From Chamaesiphon sp. (lineage in GTDB: Bacteria; Cyanobacteriota; Cyanobacteriia; Cyanobacteriales; Chamaesiphonaceae), in assembly GCA_965246715.1 (NCBI GenBank), contig CBDFFH010000015.1, forward strand, positions 96,001-160,000: 64,000 nucleotides of DNA, given 5' to 3'. Shown here piece by piece: positions 32,165 to 41,336 of the stretch. Position 1 is the stretch's first letter; every line of letters starts with the position of its first letter. The notes under the pieces were generated by a model. It saw nothing but the letters and a program-made list of their open reading frames with translations. It was not told the origin of the DNA and searched no databases. The translations under genes and the position numbers were made by a program.

Positions 32165-34114
32165 ATGTCAACTTCTACATTACCTAACTACCCCTATCAA
32201 ATCAGCGAGATCGAACGGCAAAATATCAGCAAGACGATCGATTATACCCAGATCGATTCTATTTCCGAAATCTGGTCGATCGTGGTAGCTAAATGTGGCG
32301 ATGTCATCGCACTCGATGCCCCCCACCTAAAGACTCCAGTTAAGTATACTTATCGCCAATTAGCGACCGAAATTCATCGATTTGCCGCAGGATTGCAAAC
32401 GTTGGGTGTGCAGCCGCGCGTGGGTGTAGCTTTATTTGCGGATAATAGTCCCAGATGGTTGATTGCCGATCAAGGCATCATGTTAACTGGGGCATTTAAT
32501 GCCGTACGGAGTTCACAAGCAGAAACTCAAGAGTTACTTTCGATCTTAGATAATAGTGAGGCGAAGGCACTTGTGGTTGAAGATCTTAAAATACTCAAAC
32601 GGTTGATTGCGGAGATTCCTACGCAACAGATCGAATTAATTATTTTATTGTCCGATGAAGCGATCGAGCTTGAAACATCCTTCAAAATTGTTAACTTTAC
32701 CAACGTTATCGAATTAGGTACCGATCGAGAATTTACACCTACAAAGATCGCCAAGTCGGATTTAGCCAGCCTGATTTATACCTCTGGCACTTCCGGCAAT
32801 CCCAAAGGCGTAATGCTCTCCCACGCCAACCTGCTCCATCAGGTAACTACCTGCGGGACGGTAATTCCCGCTTTCCCTGGCTTGAGAGTATTGAGTATCC
32901 TCCCCTCTTGGCATTGTTACGAGAGATCGTGCGAATACTATCTGCTCTCGCAAGGATGTACGCAGATCTACACGAATATTCGCTACTTCAAGCAGGATTT
33001 GAAAGAATACAAACCTCAGTGTATGGTCGCGGTTCCCCGCATCTGGGAATCAATTTATGAAGGCATTCAGAAGCAATTTCGCGAGCAGTCTCCGCGCCAG
33101 CAAAAACTCGTCGATACGTTGTTGGATCTGAGTCAAAAATATATCATGGCACGTCGGCTCGTCCAGGGATTGGACTTGGCATGTCTGAACCCCAGTGTGG
33201 GTCAGAAGTTGAATGCGCGAATTCAGATGGTGGCGCTGGCTCCAATTTACGCGATCGCGGATAAGCTAGTGTTTAATAAAATTCGATCGGCCACTGGCGG
33301 CGAAATTAAATACATCATCAGCGGTGGCGGTTCGCTCGCCAAGCATCTAGATTTATTTTTTGAGACTGCTAAAGTTGATATTTTGGTCGGCTATGGCTTG
33401 ACGGAGACAGCACCGATTACCAATGTTCGTCGCCCTTGGCACAATCTCCGGCTCTCATCTGGGCCACCATTACCAGGTACCGAAATTCGGATCGTGGATC
33501 TCGAAACGCGGAAAACTCTACCCGTCGGCCAAAAAGGACTGGTATTGATTCGCGGGCCGCAAGTCATGCAAGGATATTATCGCAATCCCGAAGCTACCGC
33601 TCAAGCGATCGATCCCGATGGCTGGTTTAATAGTGGCGATTTGGGAATGGTCACACCGAGTAACGATTTGGTGATTACCGGACGTGCCAAAGATACGATC
33701 GTGTTGAGCAATGGCGAAAATATCGAACCACAACCGATCGAAGATGCCTGTCTGCGGAGTAAGTATATCAGTCAAATCGTCCTCGTCGGTCAAGACCAGA
33801 AATCCCTCGGAGCCTTAATCGTACCCGACTTAGAAGCATTACAACCGTGGGCGATCGATCGCAATATCAAACTCGATCTCGCTACACCTACCAACCCCGA
33901 TCTCAGTCAAGTTATCGATCTATTTCGCGACGAACTCAACCGCGAAGTCAAAAACCGTCCTGGCTATCGCGCTGAAGATCGCATTGCCGTAATTAAGCTA
34001 ATTTCCGAGCCATTCTCGATCGAAAACGGACTGCTCACGCAAACTTTGAAAATTCGTCGTCCGGTTGTGATGGAGCGGTATCACGATATGATTAACGAGA
34101 TGTTTAAACAGTGA
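32165..34114 (+). CDS. aas: Long-chain fatty acid activating enzyme (cyanobacterial acyl-ACP synthetase, Aas)
   Basis: IYTSGTSGNPKGVMLSHAN, VGYGLTET, GWFNSGDLG, GRAKDTIVLSNGENIEP; followed by a YlqD-like gene. Confidence 0.88.
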   Translation: MSTSTLPNYPYQISEIERQNISKTIDYTQIDSISEIWSIVVAKCGDVIALDAPHLKTPVKYTYRQLATEIHRFAAGLQTLGVQPRVGVALFADNSPRWLIADQGIMLTGAFNAVRSSQAETQELLSILDNSEAKALVVEDLKILKRLIAEIPTQQIELIILLSDEAIELETSFKIVNFTNVIELGTDREFTPTKIAKSDLASLIYTSGTSGNPKGVMLSHANLLHQVTTCGTVIPAFPGLRVLSILPSWHCYERSCEYYLLSQGCTQIYTNIRYFKQDLKEYKPQCMVAVPRIWESIYEGIQKQFREQSPRQQKLVDTLLDLSQKYIMARRLVQGLDLACLNPSVGQKLNARIQMVALAPIYAIADKLVFNKIRSATGGEIKYIISGGGSLAKHLDLFFETAKVDILVGYGLTETAPITNVRRPWHNLRLSSGPPLPGTEIRIVDLETRKTLPVGQKGLVLIRGPQVMQGYYRNPEATAQAIDPDGWFNSGDLGMVTPSNDLVITGRAKDTIVLSNGENIEPQPIEDACLRSKYISQIVLVGQDQKSLGALIVPDLEALQPWAIDRNIKLDLATPTNPDLSQVIDLFRDELNREVKNRPGYRAEDRIAVIKLISEPFSIENGLLTQTLKIRRPVVMERYHDMINEMFKQ

Positions 34115-34115
34115 G

Positions 34116-34168
34116 TAGGGAATAGGGAATAGGGAATAGCCACTAGCCACTAGCCAGCCACTAGCCAC
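34116..34168. repeat. Heptamer tandem repeats (TAGGGAA)x3 and (CCACTAG)n
   Basis: Read directly from the sequence. Confidence 0.85.
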
Positions 34169-34200
34169 CAACTTTTATTAACAGCTAGAACTACGCCATC

Positions 34201-34650
34201 ATGGATCTACCAGACTCTCAGTTAATGCTCAAACGGGTGATTGCGATCAAAGCAGTAGTCACCCAACGCTGGAAAGAAGAAACACAGCAACTACTCCAAA
34301 CCCAAATTAGCGAACTCGACGGACAACTCCAACAACTCGAAATCCAAGGACAAAGAGCGGTTGCTGAAATCCAAAAGCAAAGCCTCCAACCCCCTGGGCC
34401 ACAAGTAATGCAGCAAATTGAAAGCATCCAAGTGCAAGTCAATCAGCAGAAGAGCGAACTGTTGGAGCAGAAGAACATGGCTCTACAACAACTCCAACAG
34501 GTGCAACTCCTCGAACTCAAGCAGGAAGTCAACCAAGGTCAAGTCGAAGGCTACTTCACCGTCAAACTCGGCGATAACCTCATTTCCAAGATGAACGTCG
34601 AAGTGCTACTCCACGATGGAGTCGTAATGGAAATCCGAGGCGTGATCTAG
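34201..34650 (+). CDS. YlqD-family coiled-coil protein
   Basis: LKRVIAIKAVVT..WKEE, Gln-rich coil, QGQVE..V..GDNL..M.VEVLLHDGVV.EIRG. Confidence 0.8.
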   Translation: MDLPDSQLMLKRVIAIKAVVTQRWKEETQQLLQTQISELDGQLQQLEIQGQRAVAEIQKQSLQPPGPQVMQQIESIQVQVNQQKSELLEQKNMALQQLQQVQLLELKQEVNQGQVEGYFTVKLGDNLISKMNVEVLLHDGVVMEIRGVI

Positions 34651-34693
34651 GGAATAGGCTTTAGGGGTTAGGTAATAGGGAATAGAGAATAGT

Positions 34694-34737
34694 AAATTCC
34701 CCTCCTTGGAGGGGTGCCCTTCAGGGCGGGGTGGGTA
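34694..34737. repeat. Small dispersed hairpin repeat, copy 2 (inverse of 2181-2224)
   Basis: 39/44 identity to the reverse complement of 2181-2224. Confidence 0.85.
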
Positions 34738-34852
34738 ATATCTACGCATCTCACTAGTTGCCCCACCATCCCCCTATCCCTGAGTCCTACTCGTAAGCTA
34801 AGATGATAAGTCGCAAGCTCAACCTAAACCGTTCGATTCGAGAAGATTCCCC

Positions 34853-36124
34853 ATGGCAATACGCGAAGTTTTCATGCCTGCTCTAAGTTCCACTATGACT
34901 GAAGGCAAGATTGTCTCCTGGCAGAAATCACCAGGTGATAAAGTCGCAAAAGGTGAAATTGTTGTCGTGGTGGAATCTGACAAGGCAGATATGGATGTCG
35001 AAACCTTCTATGAAGGCTTCATTGCGACGATTATCGTTCCCGCTGGCGAATCCGCACCTGTCGGATCGGCAATCGCCTTAGTGGCAGAAACCGAAGCCGA
35101 AATCGAGATTGCCAAACAGCAAGCAAATGGCAAATCTCCAGCTACCGCAACCCCCACAGTCACCCCCGCTACAACTCCCACCACTACTCCTGTCGCCGCA
35201 GTAGTCGCAACTGCAACCGTACTGAGAAGCGATCGACCGGTAGTTTCCCCCCGTGCGAGGAAATTAGCTAAAGAATATGGTGTAAGCGTCGAATCATTAC
35301 ATGGTACTGGCCCAAATGGACGAATTACTGCTGAAGATGTCGGTAATGCCGCAGGTAAACCCGTTGCCGTCACCGCTCCACCGGTAACTCCAGTCGCCGT
35401 ACCTGCTCTTACACCGCCACCAGCACCCAGCCTGCCTGTCAATGTACCCGCCGCGCAAGTCGTACCCTTTAACACGCTCCAATCCGCTGTCAACCGCAAT
35501 ATGGTCGCCAGCCTTGCCGTACCGACCTTCCATGTCACCTACACGATCGAAACCAATAACCTCGATAAACTCTACAAGCAAGTCAAATCCAAAGGTGTCA
35601 CCATGACCGCACTGCTAGCTAAAGCAGTCGCTATGACCCTCGCCAAACACCCCACCGTCAACGCTAGCTATTCCGATGCCGGAATCCGCCATCCAGGGAC
35701 GATTAACATTGCCGTGGCGGTTGCCATGCCCGATGGCGGTTTGATTACCCCCGTCCTCCAAAATGCTGACAAACTCGATCTCTACTCCCTCTCGCGAGCT
35801 TGGAAAGATTTGGTCGATCGAGCGCGGCTCAAGCAGCTACAGCCCCAAGAATACAGTTCAGGCACCTTTACTATCTCTAACCTCGGCATGCTCGGAGTCG
35901 ATACCTTCGACGCGATTTTACCTCCAGGTACGGGTGCGATTCTTGCCGTCGGTGCTTCCCAGCCACAAGTCGTAGCAACTGAGGAAGGTAGCTTCTCGAT
36001 CCGCCGTCAAATGAAGGTAAATATGACAGCCGATCATCGGGTTATTTACGGTGCTGATGGTGCGAATTTCCTCAAGGATTTGGCACTATTACTCCATACC
36101 AACGTCCAATCATTGACGATGTAA
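34853..36124 (+). CDS. pdhC: Dihydrolipoamide acetyltransferase (PDH E2)
   Basis: Lipoyl domain MPALSSTMTEG..ESDKA, E3-binding domain SPRARKLA..GTGPNGRI, catalytic DHRVIYGA. Confidence 0.96.
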   Translation: MAIREVFMPALSSTMTEGKIVSWQKSPGDKVAKGEIVVVVESDKADMDVETFYEGFIATIIVPAGESAPVGSAIALVAETEAEIEIAKQQANGKSPATATPTVTPATTPTTTPVAAVVATATVLRSDRPVVSPRARKLAKEYGVSVESLHGTGPNGRITAEDVGNAAGKPVAVTAPPVTPVAVPALTPPPAPSLPVNVPAAQVVPFNTLQSAVNRNMVASLAVPTFHVTYTIETNNLDKLYKQVKSKGVTMTALLAKAVAMTLAKHPTVNASYSDAGIRHPGTINIAVAVAMPDGGLITPVLQNADKLDLYSLSRAWKDLVDRARLKQLQPQEYSSGTFTISNLGMLGVDTFDAILPPGTGAILAVGASQPQVVATEEGSFSIRRQMKVNMTADHRVIYGADGANFLKDLALLLHTNVQSLTM

Positions 36125-36231
36125 GTCTTTGATTAGTTACATTTATCCCTGTCAGTTTTGATGGGGGTTTTTGCTGTCGTTTTTTAGCGACTGCATCCTG
36201 ATATTCGATCGAAATGTTGAAAATTCTCATC

Positions 36232-36273
36232 GATGTGTTCGATTACTTAGATTTGTTGTGTTGATGACAATCG
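36232..36273 (-). pseudogene. Fragment of a second copy of the antitoxin at 40896-41147
   Basis: 38/42 nt identical to 41067-41108 (RLSSTQQI*VIEHI vs RLSSTEQIQVIEHI). Confidence 0.75.
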
Positions 36274-36313
36274 CACAATACATCACAGGTAGTCGAGCTG
36301 GAGTCTTGTTAGT

Positions 36314-36405
36314 CGATCGAGTCTTCAATTTAGCGAGCGCTTGTTCCAATAACTCAGTCGTACAGATCGGTTTAGATATAGTCCATCTGGTCTAATTTTA
36401 TTTTA
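36314..36405 (-). repeat. Module A copy 1: -10 box, leader and truncated 'TELLEQALAKLKTR' ORF (start mutated to ACG)
   Basis: Homologous to 37009-37140, 40313-40445 and 41177-41336; ends at CGATCG 36314-36319. Confidence 0.85.
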
Positions 36406-36486
36406 GTTGGAATCGATATGTAATCGAATCGATCGAGCATAATATAAGTACAGCATAAATCGATCGATTCGATCGTCATAGTCAAT

Positions 36487-36681
36487 ATGAGTACACCCGT
36501 AAAAGAACAGTACATCATTGATGCCGAAGGGAATAAGACAGCCATCATATTGTCCATCGAGCAATACGAACAAATGTTAGAAGATCTCCACGATCTTGCT
36601 ATTGTTGCCGAACGTCGTACCGAACAGCCAGTCAGCCTCGCCAACATGCAAGAGTGGTTAAAAGAAGATGGAATCTTATGA
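36487..36681 (+). CDS. Type II antitoxin (RelB/Phd-like)
   Basis: 64 aa acidic, QYIID..GNKTAIILSIEQYE..LEDL.D; overlaps the downstream toxin. Confidence 0.8.
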   Translation: MSTPVKEQYIIDAEGNKTAIILSIEQYEQMLEDLHDLAIVAERRTEQPVSLANMQEWLKEDGIL

Positions 36682-36934
36682 AATTGAATTTCAGCCATCG
36701 GTACGCAAGGATTTTCGGAAGCTGTCGCCAGATAATGCTAGCCAAATTTTACCAAGGATTGAAGAATTAGCTAAACATCCTTTTCCCCCTCAATCTATTA
36801 AGCTGAAAGGGAGCGAACGACTATATCGAATTAGGGTTGGTGATTACCGAATTGTGTATGAAGTCGATGTAGATGCCTGCCGGATTTTAATTTATCATGT
36901 CAGACACAGACGCGAAGTTTATCGCGATTTATGA
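36668..36934 (+). CDS. relE: RelE/ParE-family toxin
   Basis: YEIEF..V.KDFRKL, P.P.S.KLKG...YRIRVGDYRIVY, VRHRREVY. Confidence 0.92.
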   Translation: MESYEIEFQPSVRKDFRKLSPDNASQILPRIEELAKHPFPPQSIKLKGSERLYRIRVGDYRIVYEVDVDACRILIYHVRHRREVYRDL

Positions 36935-37008
36935 TTGCTACAATCTTTTAGCTTACTTGTTGGTATAGTAGATTCAATGAGAAATCGAGCGATCCACAAC
37001 TCAAGTTC

Positions 37009-37140
37009 TTATTTAGGATCGATCGATCTCGAATCTCGATCGCTAATCGATCGAGTCTTCAGTTTGGCAATAGCTTCTTCCAGTAACTCAGCCATACAAA
37101 TCAGTCTAGGTATAGTTAATCTAGTCTAGTTTTATTGTAA
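37009..37140 (-). repeat. Module A copy 2 (28-aa ORF MAELLEEAIAKLKTRSISDRDSRSIDPK, 37009-37095)
   Basis: TACAAT -10 box, conserved leader; flanked on both sides by module B (36991-37025, 37147-37188). Confidence 0.85.
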
Positions 37141-37195
37141 TCGATCGATCGACAACTCAAAGCACCAAATTATTGTCTAGGAGCGATCGTCAAAA

Positions 37196-37495
37196 CTAAC
37201 TTTTATCTGATGAATCATCCGTGTTGCTTTGTCCTGGTGGTAAGCGTAAACGGTTTTCTTGTTCCAGTAGTGCATTTTTCAGTTGTAAAACTAGATTTTC
37301 TTGTTTGAGCTTTTCTTTCTCTCGTTCGTTGTTTGCTCTGTCTTCATTTCGTTGAACTACTCGTGCCAAATTATCAACAGCCGATGTCAAATCTTTCAAA
37401 TCTTACCTGAGTTCTTTGATATCTGCTGTATTCTTTTCAACTTGTCCCTTGAGAGTGAGAATATCTTTGCCGAAGCTATATAGTTTTTTCCACAT
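37196..37495 (-). pseudogene. Small coiled-coil gene with a premature TAA at codon 31
   Basis: MWKKLYSFGKDILTLKGQVEKNTADIKELR*DLKDLTSAV...RLPPGQ; frame continues through the stop at 37403-37405. Confidence 0.75.
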
Positions 37496-37519
37496 TATTT
37501 GATGAATGATGTCAAGTTG

Positions 37520-39007
37520 CAGGGTGAACGCATCAAAACAGGATTTATTTCGATCGAGAGCCACTAAAATAGGCGATTAATGATATTCGATTGCTTAACT
37601 ACAATTACGACAATATCAATAAAATCGAAACCAAAGACGAGGTTAAATTAACTCAATTTAGTCCGGCAAAAGTGCGGCTAAAGATATTTAGCCAAATTCA
37701 TACTCTGGGGTTAGTTAAATTTAGGCTAAAATAGCCTCTAGAAGTTCGCGCGAATATTCTTCATCAAGGCTCGCAAGAAATCGCTTCTTCCTAACACTTA
37801 GTTTTCGACTCTTGTTCTGACTCATTATATTAACTGCTATATGTCTTAAAACAGCAAAATTAGCTGGAGCATTATCTTTTCTAATTCGACTAATGTCTTC
37901 TTTGAAAATAACATCAAGTACCCAATGGAGTGAATTTTCTATCGACCAATGACCTCTGATTGCTTCTGCTAGTTTTTCAACATTATCTTCTAAGCTACTG
38001 ATGAAATAACGAGCTTCTACGCTGGTTTTTTCATTGACAACTCGAACTGATTCTACCATGCAAATACTAGTCAGATTTTGCCATTTTAGCAATGGATCTA
38101 TTGATGTTGCAATGTCTGATATCATTAGGTAATTACGAGTTTCCTCTCTACCTCTATTCATCTCTCTACTGCTGAAGCTATGCGTTTTCAGACTTTCACC
38201 ACGAGTTTTAATCGCCTGTTTGAATAGCTGTTCTACCCTTTCATATAAACTTGGTTGATTCTTTTTGACAGCAATTACATAATCTGCTTCTTTTTTGACA
38301 ATTTTCTTGACTATTTCTCGCTGACATCCCATTGCATCAATTGTCACTATACATCCAGCTAGATCTAAGGCATTAATCAACTCAGGCAATGCAGTAATTT
38401 CATTTGATTTACTCTCGACTTTTGTTTGTCCTAATACTAATCTATTACTTGCTGCCCAAGCACTGACCGTATTAATTACTCCTTTACCATTTTTTTCGTC
38501 TCTTGAATTTCGAGATTGTTTTCCATCAAATGCGATTATCTCTCCTGCTGTTATTTTACTTATTCCTTTAATCCAATGCAGGAAAGATTTATTGAATTCT
38601 TCAGGATTAATTTGTGAAAATACCCGTGCAAATGTATCGTGAGATGGTATCCCATTCGGTAATTCTAGAAATTCCTCCAGCCATTTTTTTCTGGTGATGC
38701 CATACAGCTCTATGTCTTCCCATCCATCTGCTCCACATACTACTGCACAAATCGAGATCGTGATAATATCGATTAGTTTGTGTTTTTTCCCCCGTTCAAT
38801 TCTAATGTCTTTTATGTCACCAAAGTGTTCTGCGATACTATGCCTTGGCTTTAGCTTCATTTGACGCGATCTGAATTTCCAATAAATATAACATAATTAA
38901 CTGGCTATACTTGTTTACCATTAAAGCTTTCATACTTTTCGTAATTCAAATCTGCAACTGATTTGCGAGGATTTTAAATAGTAGGAAATTTAAGTGCGTT
39001 CACCCTG
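37520..39007 (-). mobile_element. ISAs1-family insertion sequence, 1488 bp, complete
   Basis: 13-bp TIR CAGGGTGAACGCA; 10-bp TSD TGTCAAGTTG at 37510-37519 and 39008-39017. Confidence 0.95.
37721..38860 (-). CDS. ISAs1-family DDE transposase (H-repeat-associated)
   Basis: GIPSHDTFARV, IAFDGK, KSNEITALP, VTIDAMGCQ, HWSIENSLHWVLDV. Confidence 0.96.
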   Translation of the reverse strand: MKLKPRHSIAEHFGDIKDIRIERGKKHKLIDIITISICAVVCGADGWEDIELYGITRKKWLEEFLELPNGIPSHDTFARVFSQINPEEFNKSFLHWIKGISKITAGEIIAFDGKQSRNSRDEKNGKGVINTVSAWAASNRLVLGQTKVESKSNEITALPELINALDLAGCIVTIDAMGCQREIVKKIVKKEADYVIAVKKNQPSLYERVEQLFKQAIKTRGESLKTHSFSSREMNRGREETRNYLMISDIATSIDPLLKWQNLTSICMVESVRVVNEKTSVEARYFISSLEDNVEKLAEAIRGHWSIENSLHWVLDVIFKEDISRIRKDNAPANFAVLRHIAVNIMSQNKSRKLSVRKKRFLASLDEEYSRELLEAILA

Positions 39008-39196
39008 TGTCAAGTTGGCAATCATCTTTCTTGTATCTACTTTCAATCTGTCGATCTCTGCCCGATCTGCTTGAATACGAAGATCGCTGAGTTTTATCTG
39101 GGCAAGGATATTATCGATCTCCTTCTCTTTTATTTCTTGCTCATGGGTGTCTTTCTCTTGCGAAAGCTCTAGTTCGGTGGGAAAGGCTGCTTCCAT
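38990..39196 (-). CDS. Small coiled-coil protein whose last codons were replaced by the IS end
   Basis: Removing the IS gives ...IANLTSFIK* with a TAATG overlap onto the 37495 gene. Confidence 0.7.
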   Translation of the reverse strand: MEAAFPTELELSQEKDTHEQEIKEKEIDNILAQIKLSDLRIQADRAEIDRLKVDTRKMIANLTQGERT

Positions 39197-39416
39197 CTAT
39201 CAATATCTCCGTTGTTCTCTCAATACTACGATCGAGTCTCGATGCTACTATTATAAGCTATGTTTCAATCTAGGCAATAATTCTATCTCGATCGCTAGTA
39301 TGCTAGAATTCGATCGGGTCTATCCCTTTGCAAACTCGATCGAGAGATACTTTCCATTCTTACCAAGTTTCTGTCTACTCTACCAGAAGCTATAATTATA
39401 TCGCTGATGTTAAGAG

Positions 39417-39872
39417 TCAAGTTTGAGTGAATATATCTTTCTTAAGGTATATAATGTTAACAAATTCATCGTGTAGATGCTGAAAATTTTTGTCCATTGT
39501 TATCAAGTTGCATTCATAGAATGAAGCTGTTGCTGCAATCCATAGATCATTTTTCCCCATTGTAATTGCCGAGAAATTACCGACTAAGTTAAGATGCTTT
39601 CTTTTGCTGTAACAATCTATATTGACATATCGCTCGAGAATATCTGGCAAATTGATATCTAGGATTGGGATCTCGGTCAAAAATTCTTCCATATTTTTGA
39701 GATTCTTTTTTCCCCAATTAAACTGAATTGCTAGAGATCGAATTTCGGCTACCGTAACAATAGATATGTATTCGTCTAAATATCTAGCTTTCAAATGAAT
39801 TTGCAATTTGTCGATCGAATCTGCTCTACGCAGAATGTAGAGAATGACATTTGTATCGTATAGAACTCGCAA
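39417..39872 (-). CDS. vapC: PIN-domain (VapC) toxin
   Basis: LYDTNVI, ISIVTVAEI, MGKNDLWIAATA..LITMDKNF. Confidence 0.9.
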   Translation of the reverse strand: MRVLYDTNVILYILRRADSIDKLQIHLKARYLDEYISIVTVAEIRSLAIQFNWGKKNLKNMEEFLTEIPILDINLPDILERYVNIDCYSKRKHLNLVGNFSAITMGKNDLWIAATASFYECNLITMDKNFQHLHDEFVNIIYLKKDIFTQT

Positions 39873-39874
39873 TT

Positions 39875-40081
39875 CTATTTATCTTCCTCTAGTTCCTTTA
39901 ACATTGCTACAAACTCTGCATCAGTAAATTCTAGGCTTCCTGCATATTTAGATGCGATCGAGCGATTGGTATTGGTTTCCGATCGATCGGGTGCAGATTG
40001 GAGGTATGTTAGTAGATCTAGTCTTTCTTGTGGTGACAGCGTTGCCGCTCGGTCGATTAGCTCAGTTAGTTTGGGTGTCAT
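39875..40081 (-). CDS. Putative antitoxin of the adjacent VapC
   Basis: 68 aa, LSPQERLDLL, acidic tail; ends 2 nt before the toxin start. Confidence 0.75.
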   Translation of the reverse strand: MTPKLTELIDRAATLSPQERLDLLTYLQSAPDRSETNTNRSIASKYAGSLEFTDAEFVAMLKELEEDK

Positions 40082-40312
40082 ACTCTAGTTGCGCTCCTAT
40101 CGATCGAGCCATTTTTAGCTCTCGACTCTACTATTATAAACTGCTCGATCGTTGATTAAAAGCACTTTCCTCTCGATCGAGTCAGCTTGGCGCGGGCTGT
40201 AGCGATTGGGGATCGATCCCAGAGGTGGAGTCGATGGAGATCGATAGTATGCCAGAATTCGATCGAGTCTATACCCTTGCAAACTCGATCGATCGACAAC
40301 TCAAATTCTCAT

Positions 40313-40445
40313 TTAGGATCGATCGATCGATATCGAATCTTGCTCGCTAATAGGACGAGTCTTCAGTTTGGCAATAGCTTGTTCCAGCAACTCGGTCATA
40401 CAAATCAGTCTAGGTATAGTTAATCTGGGCTAGCTTTATTTTAAG
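40313..40445 (-). repeat. Module A copy 3 (28-aa ORF MTELLEQAIAKLKTRPISEQDSISIDRS, 40313-40399)
   Basis: TAAAAT -10 box and conserved leader; joined via CGATCG runs to modules B and C. Confidence 0.85.
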
Positions 40446-40449
40446 TAAT

Positions 40450-40896
40450 TTACAGTGTTAGCTCACTTACTACGATCGATCGAATTTCTGTCACTTTACT
40501 TAACGCGATATCATTGGTCAAAAAAGCGTCACAATTAGAAACGATTGCCGTAGCAATTTGAATTGCATCTGGTAACTTCAATCCATATTTGACTCTCATT
40601 TTTACTGCTTCAATTGCTACTAGTTCGTCGGTGATTCTAAATATCACACTTTCATTCCGTATCAAAGCATCTGCAAAATCTTGTTGCAGTTCTAACAATC
40701 CCTGTCGATAGGGTACGATCGAACATTCAGCTAGAGTTATGGGCGAACTTACTGCTAGTAAATCTCCATCACTCAAACTCTCAAATATCGGTCGTACCAA
40801 TGGAAAAAAAGTTGGGTGTCGCTCGATATAATAAATAACTGGAGCCGTATCTAAAAATATTAGCTTCACCCCTGCAATCGCTTGTTCTATTTTCAT
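40450..40896 (-). CDS. vapC: PIN-domain (VapC) toxin
   Basis: IFLDTAPVIYYIE, SSPITLAE, YGLKLPDAIQIATA..FLTND; start MKIEQ coupled to the antitoxin stop (TGATG). Confidence 0.92.
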   Translation of the reverse strand: MKIEQAIAGVKLIFLDTAPVIYYIERHPTFFPLVRPIFESLSDGDLLAVSSPITLAECSIVPYRQGLLELQQDFADALIRNESVIFRITDELVAIEAVKMRVKYGLKLPDAIQIATAIVSNCDAFLTNDIALSKVTEIRSIVVSELTL

Positions 40897-41147
40897 CAGT
40901 CTGTCAGGATCTGTTCTTCCCGCTGCGACCAATCATTTCGCTCTCTATTCACCCATGCTTGAGCATCTTCACCATTCAATAAATTGGGTGCAATTCCCGC
41001 CAATTCTCGCCAGGATTTGCTTTTTCTGGGCGGTGTAGTTGTTACTACTTCTTTGAGATTGACTGTGATGTGTTCGATGACTTGGATTTGTTCTGTTGAC
41101 GACAATCGATCGATCTCGGTCAGTATTTGTTGTAATTGAGGACTCAT
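40896..41147 (-). CDS. Putative antitoxin of the adjacent VapC
   Basis: LS..EQIQVIEHI..SWRELAG.AP....GEDAQAWV..ER..W; AGAGG RBS. Confidence 0.82.
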   Translation of the reverse strand: MSPQLQQILTEIDRLSSTEQIQVIEHITVNLKEVVTTTPPRKSKSWRELAGIAPNLLNGEDAQAWVNRERNDWSQREEQILTD

Positions 41148-41176
41148 CTTTCTACCTCTGAATACTTGTCTCTATT

Positions 41177-41336
41177 TTAACTTGGGTTTCGATCGCATGT
41201 ATGCCTTGTAAAATCGATCTCGATCGAGTTTTGCTCACTGATGGGACGAGTTTTCAATTGTGCGATCGCTTCTTCCAGCAATTTAGTCATACAAATCAGT
41301 CTAGGTATAGTTAATCTGGTCTATTTTTATTCTAAT
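41177..41336 (-). repeat. Module A copy 4 (37-aa ORF MTKLLEEAIAQLKTRPISEQNSI..., 41177-41290)
   Basis: TAGAAT -10 box; homology to the other copies stops at CGATCG 41221-41226; module B follows at 41342-41381. Confidence 0.85.

Noticed and set aside
36171..40423. Plus-strand ORFs 36171-36395, 36935-37129, 39147-39395 and 40187-40423 with mutually similar peptides
   Set aside because: The similarity comes from reading modules A-C on the antisense strand; the coding signal is on the minus strand.
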